The notes under the pieces: generated by a model
Told to the model about the DNA's origin: nothing
Seen by the model: the letters and a program-made list of their open reading frames with translations, nothing else
The model's database searches: none
Shown: piece after piece, positions 39,901 to 46,356 of the stretch
Numbering within the stretch: position 1 is the stretch's first letter
How the letters are laid out: every line of letters starts with the position of its first letter
Made by a program: the position numbers and the translations under genes
Assembly (NCBI GenBank): GCA_014239335.1
Contig: JAAZZC010000239.1
Location: 1 to 56,442, forward strand
DNA length: 56,442 bases
Direction of reading: 5' to 3'
Source: Verrucomicrobiales bacterium
GTDB lineage: Bacteria; Verrucomicrobiota; Verrucomicrobiia; Verrucomicrobiales; DEV007

Positions 39901-42630
39901 GTTGCCAGGTTCAGGGATGACGTTGCTGTGGCGGTGGTTGCCGAGGATGCGCCACTTGGTTGTGCCAGATGAGAACGACCCGTTCTGGATCAGTTCCTGC
40001 GCTGCACCATCAGGGTCACGCACCACGCTAACGTCGTCGATCAATACTTCGCCAGCACGCAACATACCAAGCCGGAACTCGTTCCAAGAAGTCAAGCCAT
40101 AGCTCTGTGATCCATTAGAGCGATAGCTAATTGTCTGCCACTGCGTCTTGTTAGACTCGTCACTCGCCGCCCATGCCTGTGGGTTGGAGTTGTCGGCATC
40201 CGGATCACGCAGTTCAAGACTTGAGCCGTTGCCGTCTGCGAGCGCCGACCAGCGACCGCCCTCAAAGTAGCGTACTTCATCGACCGGATTTTTGACACCA
40301 TCTTCGAGTCGGATGGTGTCGCTGGTATTGCTGAGCCGGTTGCGATAATTGCCAACGATTTTACCTGCAATCGATGGATATTTTGTGACTAGCGATGTGG
40401 GGTTTTCCGCGACGACCAGGAAATCGCCCGCGCTGATACTCGTGCCCTCCGGGAAGTTGAAATCGATTCCACCGTTGATCGACCATCCCGTAATATCGAT
40501 CGACGCATTGCCTTTGTTGAATAGCTCAATCCACTCCTCGTCGCGTTCGGTGATCGGCACTGTTGGAACTGCGGTTAAGGCCACCAGTTCTGCACCGAAA
40601 ATGATATCACTACTGGCGGGAAACTGCTGATGAACCTCGACCGAAAGGCGGTTACTTCCGACGACCAGGCTCCCGGGTGGAATAGCAAAGGGCCCTTGGT
40701 AACGAGCGTTCGGCACACCCGGGCTAGCGGTCGTCGAAACATCGATCGCTCCATTCGGCAAGTTGAACCGATACACCTCGACTCCATTAAGGAAAAAGAT
40801 CGCTCCATCATCAATGATGTGCCGCAGTTGAAGTGCACGGAGTTTGTCCTTCTGCTTAGCGTCCAGAACGAACTCGGTCTCGAAGTAATAGGTTACAATG
40901 GAATTGGTAGCGGAAGGCGCAAAGTTAGTCCTCAGTGGCTCTGGCATAGACGCAGGCGCCGTTTCTGATCCGAGCAGTGCCGGCCCGCTAAACCAGTTGA
41001 AATTGTCGACCAAGTGCACGTCCCGTTCCCAATTAGAACCAAGATCGGCACCGCTTTCATTGTATCGCCACGTCGCCTCAATCGGGATCAGTGTGAGCAT
41101 TGAACTGATTCCATCGCTGCCCGGATCTTCGCGGAAATGATACATGATTTCGTTAATTACTATGTCTGTGTTGAAGTCGAAGCGGTTCGGTGCGCCGAAG
41201 GTCAGTTCGTCAGGCACTAACATTTTTCCATCATGCTCGGCCGAGAAAGCACATGGTAAGTCTTTGGCGCGTGCCGCGTGGATAAGGAACTCCTTCCCGG
41301 GCGAATACAGGAAAAGGCGGTCACCTTTGGCCGGGCGAAAGCCGAGCTCAGCTTCGTCGATGACCAGAAAACCACCAGCGGAGATCATGGTTGTGTTGGA
41401 AATCGTGTAACTCGTATCCACCGTGCCACGTGATCCAAGCACATAGTTCCCCACATCGATGTTCTCTTCCCCGGTATTGGCGAATTCGATCTGGAAGCTG
41501 GCGTTACCAGCACCGGTGATCTCGCTGATGACGAGGGAAACTTCCTCTATAGGCAAGATCTTCTGAGTCATATTCAGGTCGGCGCCGAAAATGATGTCGC
41601 TGCTGCCGCTGCTCTGCTGGTGAACTTCTACGGAAAAGCGGTTGGTTCCCGTGACGAGGGCATTGGTGGGGAGGATAATCGGCCCTTCGTAAGTAGCGTT
41701 GCTCACGCTGCCTCCAGACGTCGTCGATGCGTCCACTGCACCGGGGTCCATGTTGAAGCGCGGCAAAATCTCCGTGCCATTGATATAGAACACTGCACCG
41801 TCGTCAATCACATGGCGCAAAATCAAGCTATCAATATTCGCAACCTGCTCTGCCGTCAGTTCGAAGTCGATTTCGAAGTAGTAGGTGAGGATGTCATTTT
41901 CTCTCGGATTTACGAAAATCGTCACGAGTGTTTCCGGTAACGACGCGGCGGTGGTTTCGAAACCGAGCAGTCCGGCGCCCGTCGGCCAAGCAGGGTGCGC
42001 GTTAAGGGCCCAATCCTCGCCGAGGTCGGCTCCGCTCTCATTGAATCGCCAAGTGGAATCGATTCCAAAAATTTGTGTTGGCGGACCAATTATTACTTCG
42101 ATAGAAAAATTCTGTGCTCCCGGCGTGCCGCCGACTTCGGCGCTGGCACGCCAGTTTGCCGGGTCGGCACTGCCCGTGCCTTCGTCTGCCTTGGCCAAGG
42201 TCGCTCCCGAACCGTCGGCTCCGACTGGCCACACTCCGCTGTCGCCAAATTCAATCTCGTTCATCAGTCGCCCCGAATTGTTATGCAAGCGCAGACGCTC
42301 GCCATCGTTGTTGAGTTGTCCTTCCCACGGGCCGAGGGCGACCGCCCCGAGCTCGGCGGGATTACCGCTGATCAGCAGATAGCCTCCAGCGGGAACCACA
42401 GTTCCAGCGGGAATCACGTAGTCGACTCCTCCTGCAAGGCGCCAGTGCGAAACATCGACGTTGATGGCCATCTGGTTGTGCAATTCGATCCACTCCGGCT
42501 TTTCCGCCAATTCGGGGTGATATTGAATTTCATTGAACACCACGACGCTGTCGGCATGTAATTTTTCCGGCAAGGCAACGATGCTCATTATGCCACAAAG
42601 CAAGAGCCAGCGTGTGTAAGGAGAAATCAT
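36988..42630 (-). CDS. Giant secreted multidomain protein (about 1,880 aa): lamin-tail domains (LTD), a duplicated galactose-binding-like module, a CotH kinase-family domain, a C-terminal LTD and a C-terminal beta-sandwich module
   Basis: Signal peptide, then LTD signatures (VVFNEIQYHP...EWIELHN...VSHWRL; EEWIELFNKGNASIDITGWSI; ITEIHYNP...FEFIEFKN). CotH-like region: IIYNRREIFYNAGVRLRGSG ... HNIRIYVP...WDMDF. The tail contains DLNSDGTSNLLKYAFGLDP and ends in ...FFRMRV. Confidence 0.85.
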   Translation of the reverse strand: MISPYTRWLLLCGIMSIVALPEKLHADSVVVFNEIQYHPELAEKPEWIELHNQMAINVDVSHWRLAGGVDYVIPAGTVVPAGGYLLISGNPAELGAVALGPWEGQLNNDGERLRLHNNSGRLMNEIEFGDSGVWPVGADGSGATLAKADEGTGSADPANWRASAEVGGTPGAQNFSIEVIIGPPTQIFGIDSTWRFNESGADLGEDWALNAHPAWPTGAGLLGFETTAASLPETLVTIFVNPRENDILTYYFEIDFELTAEQVANIDSLILRHVIDDGAVFYINGTEILPRFNMDPGAVDASTTSGGSVSNATYEGPIILPTNALVTGTNRFSVEVHQQSSGSSDIIFGADLNMTQKILPIEEVSLVISEITGAGNASFQIEFANTGEENIDVGNYVLGSRGTVDTSYTISNTTMISAGGFLVIDEAELGFRPAKGDRLFLYSPGKEFLIHAARAKDLPCAFSAEHDGKMLVPDELTFGAPNRFDFNTDIVINEIMYHFREDPGSDGISSMLTLIPIEATWRYNESGADLGSNWERDVHLVDNFNWFSGPALLGSETAPASMPEPLRTNFAPSATNSIVTYYFETEFVLDAKQKDKLRALQLRHIIDDGAIFFLNGVEVYRFNLPNGAIDVSTTASPGVPNARYQGPFAIPPGSLVVGSNRLSVEVHQQFPASSDIIFGAELVALTAVPTVPITERDEEWIELFNKGNASIDITGWSINGGIDFNFPEGTSISAGDFLVVAENPTSLVTKYPSIAGKIVGNYRNRLSNTSDTIRLEDGVKNPVDEVRYFEGGRWSALADGNGSSLELRDPDADNSNPQAWAASDESNKTQWQTISYRSNGSQSYGLTSWNEFRLGMLRAGEVLIDDVSVVRDPDGAAQELIQNGSFSSGTTKWRILGNHRHSNVIPEPGNPGNNVLHLNAKGATDTRHNHLETTFINNSQIFSGQIYEVTFLARWLAGSNQINSRCYYQRLARTTQLDRPENCGSPGAVNSQLETNIGPTFRNLRHDPPVPAANEFIEITADVSDPDGLGDFVLKARFDEGPVQPFNFFVDNDGHGRGLLTGQPSGTVIQFWIEAADALGIQSFAPESGPDSRALIQVDNGQGSNLAVPEVRLIMLDSDRNFMLSNLNLMSNERLGGAIIYNRREIFYNAGVRLRGSGAGRARDGSSFRGFNIGLPADQLFRGIHDSLSIDRSARTPVARQQHEIFVKHMFNHAGIPSMYDELIHLVGPSNTYTGTSQMLMAGYGGLFTESQFSNDSNGSVFNLDITYDPVSSIGGTEGFKPPIPFTHMGTDMRDLGDSKEDSRASFEIRTGRRRDDYSGLINFCKMFDLPAAQLAGEIGEWMDVDEWCRYTAMTLLCGIGDTFVQGGLRHNIRIYVPENGRGVTALPWDMDFVFNSGINSSMLPGGGNLSDVINIPKYRRLYWGHVQDLVNTTFNTTYMSTWLTHYGSLVSQNFGSQAGYINARGNFALSQLPSDVEFSVTTNGGNNFSVADTSAVIEGKGWINIRQFRLAGNDAPLAVEWLNGDTWRVSLPLLTGANAIALETYDFQDNLLDTYNLTITSTITRPTPPEFLRITEIHYNPALPTTPAELAVSNDPNEFEFIEFKNIGTDPLNVGGVHFQDGISFTFPIGTTVPAGGYVVAVRNRTAFEARYGQALPVVGEYPRSNLRNNGERLDLRDEPGNVIQQFAYGDSDWYPATDGGGRSLHIRDANAADIDSWGNSLAWGISAELHGNPGKPNTSFGMDFQSWQTQYFTEAERNNLSISKPLVDLNSDGTSNLLKYAFGLDPRVPNPPGSLPTTTMSEGHFYFSFRRQKNAADLNYIAETSRDLLTWHPMTIQIGSANDNGDGTETLTLRNDEAGELHTKKFFRMRVNFLFPGE

Positions 42631-42639
42631 CAATGAGGA

Positions 42640-44061
42640 CTAGGGAAAGAATTCCCGCAGTCGATAGAACTGAAACCGCTTACCGGGTTCCACTGAACCC
42701 TGCACGGTGGTAGTTGTTCCGGCATTACCCTGCACACTGTCATCAATTTCTTCCCAACCGCCGGGTTGTCCGCCGGGCAGCAGGCTGGTGGAAATATCCA
42801 ACGCATAAAACTTTCCGGGTAGGGAATTAAAAGTGATTGCCACTTCTCCACTGTTAGGATCGTAAACAATGTCTGTGACCACCAGGGGCACTGCCAGAAC
42901 TTGACCGTAGATTTCCAGCTCATCAATGCAGATATTTGGATCCGAAACCAACACCCTAAGACCAGTGGCTATTACAGCGCCGTTTATACCGTATTGATGC
43001 CTAAGTGACAATGATGATGTGTAGTTGATAGTACCAATGGTGTTCCAGTCATCGGTAGTGGCTGGATCGGTCGCGGTGGTGATTTGCAGGGTGTATATCC
43101 CGTTACTGCGGTCACTATATGTGCCGGTGTTATCCCGTCCGAAGGCGATGGAATCAATCGTGAACTGACCACCGAGATCAACCCCGATATAAGGGTTCGG
43201 GTCTCCGGCCGGAAAGTTGGCGAGCCAGCTATTGCTGTTACCGTAGACCCCGTCGTTGACATTGGTGATGAGGTGGACACCAGCGCCATATTCGCTGGAA
43301 CCGAATGCTGTGCCCCCCTGTGCCAGGTTGTCAGGAACCGCGGCGTTAAAAAAGTCACCATCATTGCCGTCCCAAGTGAACTCGTAACCTGCTGTGGGAG
43401 CAAGTTCCATCGGCAGCGGTGGTTCTTGAACCTCGCCTGGGCTTGCGTAGAGTTCAATCTCATCGATGCAAGCTCCACTACCTAATCCATTTCCTGGAGC
43501 TATGATCCGCACTCCGGTTGCACTGACCGGATCGAAGTTGTAGCGGTGCCGAAGGTGGGGGCTTTGGTAGTTGGTCCCGGCAACGGGAGCGCCGTAGTTC
43601 AACGTGCCGATAGTGTTCCACCCAGTGTTTGCGTCCCCGGTGTCAGGCGTATTCTCATCGGGGTTCGGCATGCGGGTGAACTGCAGGGTATAAATGCCCT
43701 GGTTGCGATCACTATATGTTCCAGTATTATCCCGTCCGAAGGCGATGCTGGAGATGGTCATCTCCGTCGTCCCGAGATTGATTCCGCAGAAAGAATTCAA
43801 CGAGTTGCCGATCCAGCTGTTACCGTTGCCATAAATACCGTCGTTGAGGTTGGGAATGTCGTGGGATGGCCTGAACGCGCCGTTGTTAATCAGGTCGAGC
43901 GCAAAGGCAGTGCCTGTCAGTGCCAGATTATCTGGCGCAAAATCGCCGGACTCTTCGACCAGCACCAGATTACCAGGTCCATCAAGAATCACTTCAGACC
44001 GCAAACACGACATGAAGCCCATCATTACAGTGATTACGAGGGCGTTGAAATGCGTAGACAT
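42640..44061 (-). CDS. Secreted (possibly lipoprotein) protein with two discoidin/F5-8-type-C-like modules and a C-terminal beta-sandwich module
   Basis: The internal repeat DNLA..GTAF...NDG.YGN.NSW......G..LG....I.SIAFGRDNTGTYSDR..GIYTLQ...CIDE.E.Y occurs twice (nt 43447-43938 and 42904-43338). I preferred the ATG at 44061 (MSTHFNALVITVMMGFMSC). It ends 9 nt upstream of the CotH gene. Confidence 0.75.
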   Translation of the reverse strand: MSTHFNALVITVMMGFMSCLRSEVILDGPGNLVLVEESGDFAPDNLALTGTAFALDLINNGAFRPSHDIPNLNDGIYGNGNSWIGNSLNSFCGINLGTTEMTISSIAFGRDNTGTYSDRNQGIYTLQFTRMPNPDENTPDTGDANTGWNTIGTLNYGAPVAGTNYQSPHLRHRYNFDPVSATGVRIIAPGNGLGSGACIDEIELYASPGEVQEPPLPMELAPTAGYEFTWDGNDGDFFNAAVPDNLAQGGTAFGSSEYGAGVHLITNVNDGVYGNSNSWLANFPAGDPNPYIGVDLGGQFTIDSIAFGRDNTGTYSDRSNGIYTLQITTATDPATTDDWNTIGTINYTSSLSLRHQYGINGAVIATGLRVLVSDPNICIDELEIYGQVLAVPLVVTDIVYDPNSGEVAITFNSLPGKFYALDISTSLLPGGQPGGWEEIDDSVQGNAGTTTTVQGSVEPGKRFQFYRLREFFP

Positions 44062-44099
44062 AAAAAAATTATAAATAGATAATTGCCCAGAAAACAGCA

Positions 44100-44157
44100 A
44101 AAACCGATAATAATTTCATACCCATAGAATGGGCTAGAATCATTATAATTGGCAAGC
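44100..44157. repeat. 58-bp direct repeat, copy B (upstream of the discoidin gene)
   Basis: 54 of 58 positions identical to 36741-36798. Contains a duplicated ATGAAATTATTATCGGTTTT (MKLLSV...) start. Confidence 0.9.
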
Positions 44158-44373
44158 CGATTACCTTTCATCACAAAACCTATCCATGCGCGATAGCCTC
44201 TGAAGTGGTCAGGTGAAGTCCAAGAATAACAAAAATATCAACCAATTGCGAATACCCTATTGTTTCCTGTTCATAATATTTTATCGCTGTTCTGATCAGC
44301 CATAAACCCTTTTATAAAATAGCATGTAATATCAACTGGGCCCCTGAGTCTTATTTAATTTAGGGGAACGATA

Positions 44374-46335
44374 TTATTTGCCCCGAAAGGCTTTACCGTT
44401 CCGGTAATTGCTAAGCGCGGCCCGGAGACCGGCATCATTAGCACCTACTGATTGAGCATAATGAAGCGCTCTCGTTGTAGTTTCGATTGCTCCCTTAAAG
44501 TCACCAGTTTCAGCGAGTGCTGCTGCCAGTGTAGACAGTGTTGTGTGGTTTTTTCCACCATCTGCTTTAATGATTGGCGTAATCAGTTTGACTGCTTCCT
44601 CACCGTTCCGCAATTCTGAATCAGGATGCGTAGAAAGAAGCCAAGCTAGATTATTTGCGGGGAACATCCAACCGGGACGGACTTGAAGTGATTTTCGATA
44701 ATGCGTGACTGCATCGTGGCCCTTTCCTGTGGCCTGCAAGGCATTGCCAAGTTGAAAATGCGCTACAGCATCAGTCGGTTTCATTCGGACACAAGCACGA
44801 AAATGATTGAGGCTTTCTACCAAGTTACCACTTCCGGCTTCGGCTATGCCAAGATTAAAACGGAAATCAGGATTGTCCTTATAAACAGAAAGTGCAGCTT
44901 TGAGATGATTGCGTGCCGGTCGGATCTGATTATACTTTAAAAGCAGGATACCGGCACTGCGGTGATAGTCAGCTTCGTTCTCAGTAGTAGCCGATATTCC
45001 GGCAAAGACCCGAACGGCTTGTTCTAAATTATTTTCATCGAGCAAAAGCCTTCCAAGGTAGAGGCGGGTTTCTTCTGACTCGAAGCGTAGAAGATAATCT
45101 TTGAGATAGCGTTTGCGCAGTGATGGGTTTCCGGCCCTAGCAAATGATTCTGCTAAACGAATCGCCTGTGGAGGGAAAAGGTCCGAAGCCCAGCGTCCAG
45201 GGAAAGGCACAGCTGCATCACGGGCTTCAATTTCCGGTTTGCTCAGTAGAGCTACGTCATCAAGAAGCGTGAAAAGAGGAACGTGACCTTTGTAAATTGC
45301 TGCGACCCGACCTTCTTTATCCAATAAGAAGCTAGTAGGGATAGGCAGAGGTTGCTGTAGCTCCACAAATGTTCGATGAAAAATGTCCAACACATCGAGA
45401 ATTTCCGGTGACGCCTTTCCACTGTTAAATGGAAATGTTATGGGAGTAGTCTTCCGCTGGTTTTCGTCTAGAAGGCCAACATTTAGAGCAACTATATCTA
45501 ACCCAGCTTCACGGATTTTTTTCTCGTGTTTAGTCCACTCGCTAATTTCAGCGACGCATGGAGCACAGCTTTCGGACCAGAGATTAATCAGTTTAGGAGA
45601 ATTCCCCGTATCGGGGATACCTTCTAATCGTGGCAATGGAATGCGACCGATGAGCCAGGTCCGTGTAGTATCATTTGATTCATTAAAAGTAATTTGGCTA
45701 GTCTTTATCGCTAAATTTTCTGCCGGGGGTTTCCACAACACTGCCTGCCCTTTGCCTTGTTCTAATGTGTGGTATTGATGCATTTTTAAACCACTGATCT
45801 TTTCGACTTTTCCGCCTGGCCAGTAAACTGTTGCACTTGAAATAGTGGCCTTATTTCCCAAGCCAAAATGAAGCCACTTACTCGATTGGGCAAGAAAACC
45901 ATCCCCTGCGCGGACGGTTTTACTACGCAACCTGTTATCACCTAAGTCTAGAACAACTCTAGCACCAACGGCATCTTTATTGCTTGAGGTGCCACTCAAA
46001 CGCAACGCCAGCCAGTCACCTCCACGACTGCTGTTGCGTAGGAGCCTTACGCGGGGAGCATTGCGGTTGCTAACCCAGAGGTCCTGGCTTCCGTCGAAGT
46101 CCCAGTCGCAAACTGCCACTGCCCGCCCATCATCATATAGGCTTAGGCCGGTAGCAGCTGAAGCATCAGTGAAGCGCCCATCCCTGGTATTAAGAAAGAA
46201 GCAATTACTTTCGTTCCCGCTGAAAGAACGTCCTTGGCCGATTAATTCTGTCAGTGCTTTCCACCCGAGTTTGTAGCGATCACTTGCTTTAATATCAGCC
46301 AGTGCGGCTGAAAGATTTTCAGGAGATTGAGACAC
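44374..46335 (-). CDS. C-terminal segment of a CRTAC1-like protein: last FG-GAP blade, ASPIC/UnbV domain, TlpA-like thioredoxin domain (CAPC) and TPR repeats
   Basis: CDWDFDGSQDLWVSNRNAPRVRLLRN, AVGARVVL...GDGFLAQSS.WLHFGLG (UnbV_ASPIC-like), LINLWSESCAPCVAEISEW, and TPR-like repeats at the C-terminus. It lies in frame with 46357-48192 across a single TGA. Confidence 0.75.
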   Translation of the reverse strand: MSQSPENLSAALADIKASDRYKLGWKALTELIGQGRSFSGNESNCFFLNTRDGRFTDASAATGLSLYDDGRAVAVCDWDFDGSQDLWVSNRNAPRVRLLRNSSRGGDWLALRLSGTSSNKDAVGARVVLDLGDNRLRSKTVRAGDGFLAQSSKWLHFGLGNKATISSATVYWPGGKVEKISGLKMHQYHTLEQGKGQAVLWKPPAENLAIKTSQITFNESNDTTRTWLIGRIPLPRLEGIPDTGNSPKLINLWSESCAPCVAEISEWTKHEKKIREAGLDIVALNVGLLDENQRKTTPITFPFNSGKASPEILDVLDIFHRTFVELQQPLPIPTSFLLDKEGRVAAIYKGHVPLFTLLDDVALLSKPEIEARDAAVPFPGRWASDLFPPQAIRLAESFARAGNPSLRKRYLKDYLLRFESEETRLYLGRLLLDENNLEQAVRVFAGISATTENEADYHRSAGILLLKYNQIRPARNHLKAALSVYKDNPDFRFNLGIAEAGSGNLVESLNHFRACVRMKPTDAVAHFQLGNALQATGKGHDAVTHYRKSLQVRPGWMFPANNLAWLLSTHPDSELRNGEEAVKLITPIIKADGGKNHTTLSTLAAALAETGDFKGAIETTTRALHYAQSVGANDAGLRAALSNYRNGKAFRGK

Positions 46336-46343
46336 GACCTGTC
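46331..46343 (-). other. Small hairpin 13 nt downstream of the in-frame UGA at 46357-46359 (GACA-GGUCG-UGUC); possible minimal SECIS
   Basis: 4-bp stem with a GGUCG loop. The E. coli fdhF SECIS apical loop is GGUC at nearly the same distance from UGA. The stem is short and no energy was computed. Confidence 0.3.
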
Positions 46344-46356
46344 GCCAATAGAAACT

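Noticed and set aside
42631-42642. In-frame TAG between the discoidin gene and the LTD-CotH gene (9-nt gap), which could suggest one fused protein
   Set aside because: The downstream protein starts with its own clear signal peptide (MISPYTRWLLLCGIMSIVALPEKLHA). The upstream protein ends with a complete C-terminal module. These are best read as two tightly coupled genes.
37213-44082. Many long plus-strand ORFs (for example 38956-39546, 41995-42561, 43546-44082) antisense to the CotH and discoidin genes
   Set aside because: They are low-complexity, Arg/Ala/Pro/Ser-rich translations typical of the antisense frames of GC-rich coding DNA. They have no recognisable motifs and fully overlap strongly supported genes.
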